Assembly: GCF_001194135.2 (NCBI RefSeq) | Contig: NC_068992.1 | Coordinates: forward strand, 7,527,380-7,591,379 | Direction: 5' to 3' | Length of the DNA: 64,000 nt | Source of the DNA: Octopus bimaculoides | Taxonomy: Eukaryota | Part shown: one piece after another, positions 1-50,800 of the stretch | How the letters are laid out: each line of letters starts with the position of its first letter | Numbering within the stretch: the first letter of the stretch is position 1 | Program-made: the position numbers and the translations under genes | The notes under the pieces: generated by a model | What the model was told of the DNA's origin: nothing | Database searches by the model: none | Seen by the model: the letters and a program-made list of their open reading frames with translations, nothing else

Positions 1-45
1 TACTTACCACACAGCGACTCCTATGCCTCCATTAGATCCAGAGAA

Positions 46-520
46 GAGGTCAGTAAAGAAACCAAACTCACTTTCTTCACTTTGGTTTACGTGTCTATCC
101 TCACTTATGGTCATGAAGGTTGGGTTAAGCAGCTGAGATGGGGTTCCTCCAAAGGCTCTCTGGAGTAACCCTATGTAACAGGGTGCACAGCACGAAGATC
201 AGAGTATTTTTCCTGGTTGAGCATTTAGATCTCTGTATTGTGAACTCACTGCTGTAGTAATTTGTATGGACATGTGATCAAAATGTTGCAGGAAAGAATC
301 TCAAGACACATTCTTCAAACTGAGTCAACCAGCAGGTGGCGTAGGGGCAGACCAAGAACAAAATAGTTGAATAATACCCATACTTTCAGATGGTCATGTT
401 TGAGAATCCAACCTGAAAGTCGAATGATAGTTGCTTCTGATAAAACCTTATGGAAGAAGTGCCTGAGGATCTCTCGGCCCTCCCAGGGATGGTAGGCAGA
501 GAAGATGAATGGACGGAAAC
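46..520 (+). mobile_element. Decayed RTE-clade LINE, 3' fragment (RT C-terminus)
   Basis: Translates to EVSKETKLTFFTLVYVSILTYGHEGWV, AEMGFLQR, LYGHVIKM, RRGRPRTK with frameshifts and stops. Confidence 0.8.
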
Positions 521-628
521 TATTGTTTATGCACTTTTTGAAAAGTGGATTAAATTAGGAGGTAAATGAATTGTGTTGCTAATTAGCAGTTTATTTTAAA
601 AATTAACTTGAAATATTTTCTATTTCAG

Positions 629-38660
<38,032 letters not shown>

Positions 38661-38683
38661 TGATTCATGGTGCTTAAAAATGG

Positions 38684-38689
38684 AATAAA
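38684..38689 (+). terminator. Candidate polyadenylation signal (AATAAA) 23 nt after the mTOR stop; more distal sites possible
   Basis: Hexamer seen in sequence; use not demonstrable. Confidence 0.3.
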
Positions 38690-40630
38690 TGTTTGAGAAC
38701 GTAAAGAACTTCTTATCCAAACAAATAGAGAGACTGTCTGTACCAGTACTGGTTGTCAGCCGTCAGGCTAACAAAACCATAAGTGGATATAACCAAAAAT
38801 AAAAATCACTCCCAGAGAACTATTGGCTGATAGAATTGGCTGGGTCTTCATTTTTATCAATGAGTTTTAGTAATACAGAGATCTGTTCATCTGTATTAAT
38901 TTGGTGAATGTGGATTTTATTTTCGCATATCTTTATTATGCATAAAGCCACATGTTGTATGATTGTGCAATGTTGATACTTTTTACTGAATGCAATCTAT
39001 GCCTGCAACATGTGTGCCACATGTTGCAGTGTGCAAGTCACATATTAGAGACAGGGGTGGGGTGATCATACTCTAAAGCTAGGCCTTCTCATAAACATTC
39101 TTCAAGAGGTTTATGTGTTACATTCATTGAAATCCATTACTTACCTTACACCAAGGAATAAAACAAAAAAAAACAAGACATAAGCTTGAGACTCCGCTAC
39201 AATTATTTATATAATGAAACAATTCTTCTTTGTTTTGAAGTCCAGTTTACTAACCTGATGTATTATCTTGTGGAGACCACTCATTTATCTCCTCCAATTG
39301 TCTGTGTATGCATGTGTGTGTGTGTAAATCTTAAAATTTTTTTTTTCTTTTCTTTACAATTGTAAATTATTTTAATAGCATCTCCTGATAATTAAATTGA
39401 GCTTTATTTAAAATTGGTCTCTTGACATGAATTGTTTGTGATATGTATCGCTAGCAGCCAACTTAACAAAGCCCAAAGGAATACATGTTCAATTTCCTAA
39501 ACCTTAAAAACACATTAAAATGCTGCATTCCTTATACATTAAAGGAATTCATTACTCCCCCCCCCCCCCCCCCCTCCGTATACTTTTTCTGTATAAAACT
39601 GATTGGATTAGTTTTGTGTTAATATTTTAGAGGCATAGGTGGGGAGAAACGAGGGAGAGGGGGTGCAAAATTGCTTTAGGATTTTCACTGACAATTCAAC
39701 AAGGGATGAGATAAGGGGTTAGACATAAGGTTTATTTACTTTGCTGAAAGATTTTTTTTTTTTCTTCTTCTTAAACTTGATAAGCAAATAAGCTTTTTTT
39801 TTTTTTTATCCGAATTTGTCTGTGTAGGAGAGAAATTGTTTAGTTAAACTATAAGTACCAACATGATATTCTCCTATTTCACATAAATCAAGTTTTCTCT
39901 TTCATCAGCAAGTGAGAAGAAAATGAAAAGATGATTTGGTACATCAAAATATTAAAACTATCATTCCATTACCAAGTTGGTTTTTTTTTTTCTTTCTTTT
40001 TTTTCCATTACATTTTAATTTTCTGTAAAATGATTTTACAATAATTATTTTGGTTCTTTAATCAGATTTCTTACAATCAAAATTAAAATTCTTGGAAACA
40101 AAATCAATTATGATATTATTAAGAAAGTTATTTGAGACAATGGTTTAACTATTGTCAGAAGGTTTCATAATTAAAACGGAAAAAATTAAAAAATTTGGTG
40201 GTGACCACTAAATTATAGTCTTGTAAATATTTTTAGAATATTCTGCTTTAATTTGCTGCAGATACAGTAAGGTAATTCAATGTGTGTGTGTGATTCTTAA
40301 ATACAATTATTATATGCATATAATGTCTACTTGTCTGCTGACTCATTATTTCGGGATTTCAAGTGATGAAAGAACACTTCTGTGTTTTCTCAAGCTTCTA
40401 TGAACTATATTCACAGACTGATGATACTTCAACTGTTAAATTCTGTGGTGTTTATCTAATGTATCTTTTATTTGATAACACCTGATTGATTTCAGAGTCT
40501 TCAACCTGTTTAATATCATCTTTTGGTTTAATTATTTCTGCTGATTGTCCCACCACCACCACCACCACTAACCCCATCTGATTGTACAAACAGTTCATTT
40601 TAGTGAATGATATATTGAATGTGTTTAATT

Positions 40631-40866
40631 AAGGTGGCAAGCTGCTGGGCTTATTTCCACACCAGACAAAATGCTTGGCAGCATCTGTTCCCGCTTTACA
40701 TTCTCAGTTCAAACTCCACTGAGGTTGACTTTGCCTTTCATCCTTTCGGATGAAGTGAACTAAGTATCAGTTGAGTTCTAGAGTTGATGTAATTCACTGG
40801 CTCCCTCCCACCAAAATTTCAGGTTTTGTGCCTATAGTAGGAAAGATTATTATTATTATTATTATT
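40631..40866 (+). mobile_element. Short SINE with gaggttgactttgcctttcatccttt core and (ATT)n tail; further copies near 3540, 22790, 27500, 27790, 32415, 32656, 33380, 40880, 43700, 44020, 51240, 56690, 58822
   Basis: Recurrent core in both orientations; tRNA-like head; family name needs a library search. Confidence 0.75.
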
Positions 40867-41276
40867 ATCATTGAGTCAGTCAGATGACAGAATTGTTAGC
40901 AACATTCCTTTCAGCTCTTTACATTCTGAGCTCAAATCCTACCAATGTTAACTTAGCCTTTCATCCTTCAAGTGTCAGTCAAGTGCTTGGGATTTCATGT
41001 AATTGGCTGATCACTTCACCTCAGAATTGCAGGCTTTTTTGCCAAAATTATGATTATTTTACAAAACTTACCATGACTGGAAGTTGTCTCTTCTTTCTAG
41101 GTTTTTGATTTCCTGTTTTTCACTTTTCCATATAGACAAAAAAGAAGCAAATGACAAATTTATTGGGATTCCCCCCCCCCACGCCCCCAAGCTATCAATC
41201 ACTGTTCACTATTTTATTTTATACGTATTGTTGTACAGCTTGTTTAAGTGGGTATATATAGTAATCATTTATACAG

Positions 41277-41482
41277 TTAATCTCTTTTGTTACCAAATTT
41301 CTGTTTCAATTAATTTTAAATATAATGAAATATTTAGTAAAATAATTTTATTATTAATCTGGGACCCGGAGCATAAATTAACATGAAGTTTTGATGGAAT
41401 GTTTTAATTTAAATCGCTTTAAAACAGGAGGATTATATCATAACCGGGGTTGATCTGAGGCAGGTTGGTATCAAAAGGGTTA
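41277..41482. mobile_element. Second piggyBac-like MITE family; internally deleted copy at 44657-44712, relative at ~20170-20360
   Basis: ttaatctcttttgttacc...ggtatcaaaagggttaa. Confidence 0.55.
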
Positions 41483-42144
41483 AGCTATGACATCATCATC
41501 TTTGTATAAAAAACAAAAAAATCAACACCGTCTGTCTGTATGAATTACTTCTCTTCCATAGCTCAACTACAATCTCCCCAAATCATCCTGATATTTATTT
41601 AGATGAGGTAATAATAATGATAATGGTAATGATGATCTAGTTTAGCAATACGTAAGGAAGAGTTCTTTTTGTTTTTTAATCATATTTTACAAAAAAAAAA
41701 AAAAGGGCTTTTCTTTATTAACCCTTTTACTGCAGAAATCAGTTTTATATACAAATCTTTTTCTTGTTGAGGAATGTTTTTATGTTTGAAAATATTTTCT
41801 CTTGAGCTATGTTGAGTTTCATCAAGTAACAATGACTTGCAGAAAATGCAGTTTTATTTTTTTGGTAAATATTTAAATAAAATTCTTTTGTTATTCCAGT
41901 AATGGCATTAAACTCAGAGTGAAAGCATTAACAACTTTGCATTTGAGAGCTCCTTTGAATTTACTGATTTACACTAATCCTACTTGATTTAAATTTAGGG
42001 ACTTTATTAATCTTATTTATGGCCTAATACTGATTCTCTGTATGTAGATGCTTCATTTTTACATGAGACTTTTAGTTTTTGATGTGCTTCGTTCCTTTTT
42101 TCACATCCCCTTCCAAATACTTTATACATGTAAGTATATGTATC

Positions 42145-42188
<44 letters not shown>

Positions 42189-42190
<2 letters not shown>

Positions 42191-42367
42191 GTTTTAGGGA
42201 AAATAACCAATTTTCAAGAACTCATCGATGAAAATCCACTATCACATATAGAAAAATTAATAATTAAAACCACAATAATTATAAGGCTCAATTTAATTTT
42301 AATTTTTTATAAATTGATTTTAATTGAGTTTTTTACCTGTAATTTTGGATTTTGTCCCTAATAATAT
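42189..42367. mobile_element. ~175-bp MITE-like element embedded in (TA)n; second copy at 63207-63378
   Basis: Shared tagttttaggg..gaactcatcgatga..gattttaattgagtttttacctgtaattttgga..tccctaata. Confidence 0.65.
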
Positions 42368-43091
42368 TNNNNNNNNNNNNNNNNNNNNNNNNNNNNNNNN
42401 NNNNNNNNNNNNNNNNNNNNNNNNNNNNNNNNNNNNNNNNNNNNNNNNNNNNNNNNNNNNNNNNNNNNNNNNNNNNNNNNNNNNNNNNNNNNNNNNNNNN
42501 NNNNNNNNNNNNNNNNNNNNNNNNNNNNNNNNNNNNNNNNNNNNNNNNNNNNNNNNNNNNNNNNNNNNNNNNNNNNNNNNNNNNNNNNNNNNNNNNNNNN
42601 NNNNNNNNNNNNNNNNNNNNNNNNNNNNNNNNNNNNNNNNNNNNNNNNNNNNNNNNNNNNNNNNNNNNNNNNNNNNNNNNNNNNNNNNNNNNNNNNNNNN
42701 NNNNNNNNNNNNNNNNNNNNNNNNNNNNNNNNNNNNNNNNNNNNNNNNNNNNNNNNNNNNNNNNNNNNNNNNNNNNNNNNNNNNNNNNNNNNNNNNNNNN
42801 NNNNNNNNNNNNNNNNNNNNNNNNNNNNNNNNNNNNNNNNNNNNNNNNNNNNNNNNNNNNNNNNNNNNNNNNNNNNNNNNNNNNNNNNNNNNNNNNNNNN
42901 NNNNNNNNNNNNNNNNNNNNNNNNNNNNNNNNNNNNNNNNNNNNNNNNNNNNNNNNNNNNNNNNNNNNNNNNNNNNNNNNNNNNNNNNNNNNNNNNNNNN
43001 NNNNNNNNNNNNNNNNNNNNNNNNNNNNNNNNNNNNNNNNNNNNNNNNNNNNNNNNNNNNNNNNNNNNNNNNNNNNNNNNNNNNNNNNNNN

Positions 43092-43132
<41 letters not shown>

Positions 43133-45317
43133 GGTACATCAATTTTTGGGAACTTTTGGTTTCAAACCCCTTCCAGATTACTGACTTTTCCAAAACCAGG
43201 GCTGATCATACTGTAAATTAAATATTAAATTACCTTACAAAATACAGGACTAGCTACTGCAATAGCTTTGGATTGAAAGGCCCACAGTTGTGCATTGCCC
43301 ACCCAAAAGATTTGAGAGACCTAGATGAGGATGGATGTAGATATCTTTTAAACAGAACTGGCTCTCTTACTGTCAAGAGTCCCTGATAAACCAACTTTAT
43401 GGCAGGAAATGTAAATGATGGCAGCAACATGGAACTTTCATTTTTCAAATAGATGGTTAATGAAACACTAACGAAACCAGTAGTGGTGCTCCAGCGTGGC
43501 CACGGCTCTTGAGGTGAAACAAGTAAAAGAGTTAATTAAATGAAATACAAGTTTAATAACACTGTACCAAGGTACCAATTACAGGGTTTGGAACGTCACT
43601 GTTCTATCTACCTGGACTCTNNNNNNNNNNTTCTATCTACCTGGACTCTATCACATGGGTTTTCTGGGGGTTTTTTTTTTTTTTACTTTGACTCTCGAGA
43701 CCTCAGCTTTATAGGAGACGGGTAGGACCAGGTAGAGTCAATTGAATCGTCCCTCAGTATATATCTGGTATTGATTTTTCATAACCCAATAACAAAGTCA
43801 GTTTACCTTGGTAGGATTTGAATCCAACATTCTACTGTTTCTGCCAACTAAAAACTCATTTGGATGATGATTATAATAATAATAATAATAATGCACTATT
43901 ATAAATAATGGTGATTATGATTTATGATGAAAATAAACTTTAGAACCTTGCGCAATGACAATGTGACATGTTCAAAACTTTAGAAATATATCATCATCAT
44001 CATCATTATTATTCTGGATCTTTTCATTCTGAGTTCAAATCCTACTAAGATCAACTACGTCTTTCATTCTTTCAGCATCGATAAAAGCAAGTACCAGTCA
44101 AATGCTGGGGTTGATGGTATTGNNNNNNNNNNNNNNNNNNNNNNNNNNNNNNNNNNNNNNNNNNNNNNNNNNNNNNNNNNNNNNNNNNNNNNNNNNNNNN
44201 NNNNNNNNNNNNNNNNNNNNNNNNNNNNNNNNNNNNNNNNNNNNNNNNNNNNNNNNNNNNNNNNNNNNNNNNNNNNNNNNNNNNNNNNNNNNNNNNNNNN
44301 NNNNNNNNNNNNNNNNNNNNNNNNNNNNNNNNNNNNNNNNNNNNNNNNNNNNNNNNNNNNNNNNNNNNNNNNNNNNNNNNNNTTTGTTATTTATCCATAT
44401 TGTTGGTTGTTGTTGTCTTCCCTTAAAAATGGTATGAATTTTATTTGATAAAAAAAATCCCATAATTGTATATTTTCAGTGTTATTGTTCCGAAACATTG
44501 AGTGAAGTGGGTGAGGAAGTTTATTAAAGAGACATATTCCTAGGCAGAAATTCTCTACTTTACTGATCGATTGTCTTTCAAGATTGCTAGAGCATTATCT
44601 TCAACGGTGGGTTTATGTGGCATTTTGGAGAATAACCAATAGGAATCAATTGTTATTTAACCCATTTGATACCAACCTACCTCAATAGAAATGTGGTAAC
44701 AAAAGGGTTAAGCCTAAGTCTATCTTGGTAAAGTAGATCTACAATCAAAAGCATTTAACTAACCAGGGATATATCTTATCCAACATTAGGGCTTTTTATT
44801 TTTTAAGTCAATAATGAGAGATTTAACTACTGCTTCTTGCATGTCAAGCGACCAAGTAGAGATTTCCTCATAGGTTCACCAGAGGTTAAATAGATTTATA
44901 ATGCCAATTTATAACAGGGTTAGAAAGGTATTTTTGTTTTTTAAATATACAAAATATGGCTGCTCTGCTACAGATTAAGGTATGCTTTACTCTAGCAGTA
45001 TAACTAGTAAGAATCCTAAGCAAAAATTACAATAGCTTGAAAAGAAATATTATACTGGGGTTTGAACTCTGTCATTGGTACCTTTTTTTTATGTGTCCAA
45101 CTTTGGAGTGGTTTAAAAAATACTAATTTTTAAAAAAACTGCTATTTTTTAAAGAAAGCAACTGATTTGTTTGTTTGTGTTGAAGAAGTTTGTTTTCAAA
45201 GATCATCAAAAGAAGATTTTCAAGATATATAAATATTGACAAAGCAAGAATAAAGCATTCTTGAGCCTCAAACCATTGCTTTGTGTTTATCTCTCTCTCA
45301 TTATTATTATTATTATT

Positions 45318-45712
45318 AGGCATGGTTGTATGATTGAGAAGTTTGCTTCCCAACCACATGGTTTTGGGTTCAATCCCACAGTGCAGCACCTTGGGCAAGT
45401 ATCTCCTACAATTAGCTCCAGACAGACCAAAGCTTTGTAAGTGGATTTGGTTGACAGAAACTGAAAGGGACCCGCTGTGTCCATGTGTCCCCTTGTCTTG
45501 ACATCACATGATGGTTGTAAACAAGTATCACCATCATACAATTGGTGTTGTTTCCAGCTTTCCTTTGAAAGATGTATCTGACCATGGAAAATATTGCCCT
45601 GCTTGGAAATGTGTGGGAGTTGGCAACAGGAAGAACATCTAACCATAGAAAATGGACCCCAACAAATTCAATCTGATTCATGTGTGGAAAAGTGGACCTT
45701 AAATGATGATTT
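45318..45712 (+). mobile_element. Full-length tRNA-headed SINE with RTE-like 3' tail
   Basis: Pol III B-box GGTTCAATCCC; body shared with 46204-46626; tail catg..gaaaagtggac..taaatgatgat. Confidence 0.8.
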
Positions 45713-46203
45713 AATGTTTTGTTTTGTTTTTTGTTCTTCTGCTGCCTTGGGGTTGATGGGTCTTTCCACTCATTGCAGTTCTATGTCCTCTGACACAAAC
45801 AGAAAGCCAAATCCTTTTTGTGTGTCATGATGTTTGGGGCAATGTCATTCTTGTGTCTTTTATAGTTGGATACCATTCCCATCACCAGCTCTTTCACATT
45901 ATGGTTTTGATGTATTTTTTTTTCTAGTTCCAACAGTCAACCTCACCAAATAGCCTTAAACTATGTCAGTTACTCCACTTCCTTACAGCCAAGACAAACT
46001 CTCAGATAACTGAAAACACTCTGCAGTAAATGAACAACAAATACACATTAATATCTTTATTATGATACCTTCTTGAAAAGTGTGCACTTGTGCTAATTGA
46101 TTTGCCAATCAGTCAATTGCGGTTTCACATTTATTAGGTGTATATCAACAATATACCTGCTTGCCAATCAGTCCACTCACCCAAATAAAAGGAAAAAAAA
46201 TTA

Positions 46204-46626
46204 GGCACAGGCATAGCTGTGTAGGTAAGAACCTCACTTCCCAACCATGTAGTCTCGGGTTCAGTCCCACTGCATTGTACCTTGGGCAAATGTCTTCTAC
46301 AATAGCTTCAGGTCAACCAAACCCTTGTGAGTTGATTTATTGAAAGAAACTGGAAGAAGTGCATCATGTGTGTGCCCGCGCGCATGTGTGTATCTTTGTT
46401 ATGACATCACATAATGGTTTTAAATGAGCATTGCTGTTAAAGAAGTAATGCTGTTTGTTTCTTTTGCCAAAAACACGTCTAGCCAAGGGGCGAAATATTA
46501 CTTTGCCTGGAAATAGGCCACGGTTGATGACAGGAAGGGCGTCCAACTATAGAAAATCTGCCTCAGCAAATTTTATGTCATCCATGCAAGCATGTAAAAA
46601 TGGACAGTAAATGATGATGATGATGA
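46204..46626 (+). mobile_element. Full-length tRNA-headed SINE, same family as 45318-45712
   Basis: A-box TAGCTGTGTAGG; B-box GGTTCAGTCCC; (GAT)n tail. Confidence 0.8.
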
Positions 46627-47641
46627 TATATATGTGACGTAGTAAACTTTCCTCAGCATCAATTTACTGTATAGACTTGAGACAATCAAATCTTTTCAAG
46701 AAATCTTGAATCTTAGTCTTTCCACAGGGATTGTAATGTTGATTCAAAAATATTGTCATTGTAGTCTGGAGATACTTTATATAAAATTATTATAGCCCTG
46801 GGCCAAACAGAGCCAGAAACTGAAAGACGTCCATGTCACATACAAGTTGTAAACAAATGTCACCATCAAAAGGTATCGTTTTGCTTGCAATTTTTCATGA
46901 AAAATATCCAGACTAAGAGAAAAAAGGTTGGTATTATGAAAAGTATTTGGTTGTAGAAGATCTGACTCAAAGAAATTCATCTGACCAAAGCAAACATGGA
47001 AAAGTAGACATTAAAACAACAACAATGATGATGATATAATACAAAATGTTAATTAGCCTTAGCTTATTTAAACCAAAACACTTGTATTAAAAACTGGAAT
47101 GTTTATTATCATGCCATGGTTTAGCTCTCAGTGAGATCAAGTCTGTGTTTCTAAATCTGGGTTGTTCGACATGTGGAATTTAATAAATTTTGGAAGTATA
47201 AACTCCATAATTTTCATTATTCTCACAACTCTGAAGCTTCTTACTGGCCATGTGCTTTGATTGTTCCCAGGAGGGGAAAGAATAAAAATCGACCAAAGAG
47301 ATGACTACCAATATTTTTGTAGAGCTGCAAATGATTTTGTTGTGAGGCATAAATAGTGCACAGCAGTGCTAACAGTCTTCAGTGTTATCACAGAAATAAT
47401 ATAATTCTCATGTCTTCATGTTATATCATTTCAGGTTTTAAATGACAAGAAATCTACAGAAATCAATATTTACTGCTTGAAACATTTTCTTGCCATTCTT
47501 CATTTCCTCCTCTTTAATTATATATTTTTGGGGGGTTTTCTTTTGATGATTTTACATCAGAGATACAGTGATGAGAACTTGCACTTCATAAAACGAGAGA
47601 CTTCATCCATGTTCAGCAGTGTTCGGTTCAATGAAGTAAAT

Positions 47642-47842
47642 TTATTGGTGAAAAGGTTCATCCTTAGCTTCAATGTTTGTGTAGTTGGAGAATTTTTGGT
47701 GAATCCAGTCAGAATAGAAGGCAACACGCGTATAGACACTGGGATATCCAGACGTTCGACATCCACTCACTCCCCAAGATGTAATACCAACAAGATAGTA
47801 ATAGCCATTACGTACACAAACTAATGGTCCACCGGAATCTCC
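47642..47842 (-). CDS. Protease exon 6: GDSGGPLVC...SWG...YPSVYTRV...PFHQ*
   Basis: ttccag|GGA GAT TCC; TAA at 47644-47642. Confidence 0.96.
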   Translation of the reverse strand, partial: GDSGGPLVCVRNGYYYLVGITSWGVSGCRTSGYPSVYTRVAFYSDWIHQKFSNYTNIEAKDEPFHQ

Positions 47843-50800
47843 CTGGAAATAATGAACAGATAGTTAAATGGGTAGACAAACAGACACATATAAAAAGAAT
47901 AAAAGACTGGTTGACATGCAGATATAAAAATACAAAGGTAGGCAAATAGATATACTTATAAATATTCTAGATGTACTTTATAAAGCATATAGTGTTGCAC
48001 ACACGGGTGCACACACACACACAGAGTAAACATAAACTTAATGGAAAGTTCAAAACGTCATTCCTTGTATTTCAATAGAATGGTTTATTCCAAATATGAA
48101 TCCATAACTTAAACGATAGCATTCTGTAAGTCCATATTGTTATGTAACCATTCCATTTCTTTCAGGTAACATTCTGCTAAATATTTGGTGTGGGGGGCCA
48201 CGTCTCACTCCCATGTAGAATTGCTGTCCATATACATGCATGATACCATCTTCCTTTCCTGCGGAGAGAGAAACTGTTCGTAGCTAACGGAGGGAAAAGC
48301 TCTCTGAATTTCCTCCATCCTATTACACTCTGCATTCATCACTACAATTCTGGTCCCCTAGGTAGCAGAAGTGAGCCACCGGTGCATTTGAGAGAGGTGG
48401 TTTATAAATAGAAATGAAAACAAATCCCCAATATACTTACATTACATGCTCCGTTATCACCATTTCCAACACAAATATGTGAATTGAGGATTCGTCGTCG
48501 ACCCCACCGGATAGAACACTCTGAATTACTTCTGACATGAACTTGCAGTTCTTGCAGAATGCTCTGGTCTCCATAATCTATTAGACAGAGGATGATAATT
48601 ATATTAATGAAACAATAATAAGCAGATGAGCAACATTAAACACTGATCTAGAGCTAGCCGACCAAGCAGAGCCTAGCACCCCACCTCCGCTTTCTTGGGA
48701 ATTGGCTGTTTGAACTTATCACTACAAGATAATGAAACATTTGTCACTTACACATTGCTGTCAATATCTATAGTGGTTAAGAGGTACCTATTTACGGTTA
48801 CACAGCCTGGATATTTCAATGTTAAATACCTTAGCCATAGAAACAACACTACACTGATGATAAAATACATGTAGACAGGCTTTAATTTATACTGAATTTA
48901 TAATGGGAACACTTAACAGTTCTATCCATTTAGCAGTATATATATATATATATATATATATATACCCTAGTAAAGTTGTTTACCCCCAAGTCAAGAATTC
49001 CTATAATGGAAGGTGTTCCAGTTGTAATCATCCCATCACTTGTATATCTAAGACTACACTATCCAATGTGCCATTTTATTTTCAAAACAACAGGATGTGA
49101 TTTAAGGAATGCTTAGCTGCTATTTCTAGCAGTAAGACTGATCACACAGTCTCCCTCTTTGACTCGTAGGAAAACTGAGGTTGCAATTCTCAATGGCATT
49201 TTGCATTAGAAGGAGTGGTAATACATGTCTAGCAAGTGTAATGACAATATTAAACTAGAAGACTGAGAATTTAAAATTTGACTAAAGCCCTGTGAATGGA
49301 TTTGGGAGATGGAAACTGAAAGAAGCCCACAATGCATGCATACATTTATGCGTGTTAGTGAGTTGATATTGAGTGATAGCAGTAAGAAAGCATCACCATC
49401 ATACAAGCAGTCTGTGTTGTGAGTTAATTAAGCATTTAATTAAACAAGAAGACTAATTGAGTCAGCTAATTTGTTGAAGCTAACTCCACTCTGTGTTACT
49501 GCAAATGTCCCCTAAGTAAAGCATCAACACCATAATATAAGCCTCTTCCTCCTCTACAGAAAGCAACATCTTCTGATAGGACCCTATAGAGGAAGTGCCT
49601 AAAGGCTATCCCTATAATTTCCACAGGAATAGTGGGTGGAGAAGATGAATAGAAGTTACTCCCTAAAATACATCACTAATGCTAATTTTCAACCCTTTTT
49701 AAGAACTAAAATGTAAAATAAAACTCAGTGAGGTTTGAACCTGAATATAAAGGATCCATTTTAGTTTCTGAATCTTTGTACCAACATCATCATTATAAAC
49801 AACTGGTAAAATAGATCTTACCTTTTGTCTCACCCCAGCCCATTGTCCAACATTCATCGCCAGGACGAAAGCCAGCATTCTTGTCTGGGATGCAAGCTTG
49901 TCTAACGTAAAAACCAGCAACATCAGCAGGATGATCCAAACGCATTAAAGCAATGTCATTTGGATAATTACCCCCATTTATAAAATTGGGGTGCTGAAAT
50001 TGACAGAAAAGAATATGCAGTAGTAGTAGTATTGGTGGTGGTAGTAGTAGTAGTAGTCGTAGTAGTAGCAGTAGTAGTAGTGGTGGTGGTGGTGGTGGTG
50101 GTCTTGACAAATACATTGTTTTACCATCACAACAATGTACTAGCAACAGATTGTGATCAATCAAATCAGAATAAGATCAATGTATAAGGAATAATAGAGG
50201 GACAGAAAGAGAGGGAGATAGGGTGAGAGAGAGAGAGAGAAAGGGGACACATACTAATTGAGGGGAAAGAAAGAAATATAATTAAATTGGGTGAAGAAGA
50301 CAGTAGAAAAGCCAAAAAAAACAGAAATATTTGTGTGAAATGAATCAAAATATTTAATGAAGCTGTTTTTTTGGTAGAATTAAAACACAAATAACAAAAA
50401 AGAAATGAAATAAAATAAAGCAGAAGAGCAAGAAAGTGTATATCATGTGCTTACCTTTTAATACATTTGCTATAGAAAAACAAACACAAAGCGAATAGAC
50501 TTTGCATTATCATTGAGACAAATGGAAAAGCTTAAGTACCACGAGGCCATTCTCATGAATGATGGCAAACTGGTGGCTGAAGTGGGTGCTAGAATTGCAG
50601 GAGCTGGTACAGTAATGCTTGGGTAACGATCGAAAGAACAACATCATGAATACACTCTACCAAAATGGGATTCCTCTGAACGATCTCTCAAGTACCATTA
50701 CTCGACAGGGTGCATAATTTGGAGATCAAGGAGTCTTTCCAGTTTGAGATGGTCACAGCTTCAGCACTATGGACATGTGATTAGAATGTTGTCGGAAAGA

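Noticed and set aside
43601-43650. Direct repeat ttctatctacctggactct on both sides of a 10-N gap
   Set aside because: Typical unmerged contig overlap, not a biological duplication or TSD.
46204-46290. tRNA-like A/B-box sequences (also 5409, 45318, 58822)
   Set aside because: No cloverleaf or acceptor stem; they continue into SINE bodies, so they are SINE heads and not tRNA genes.
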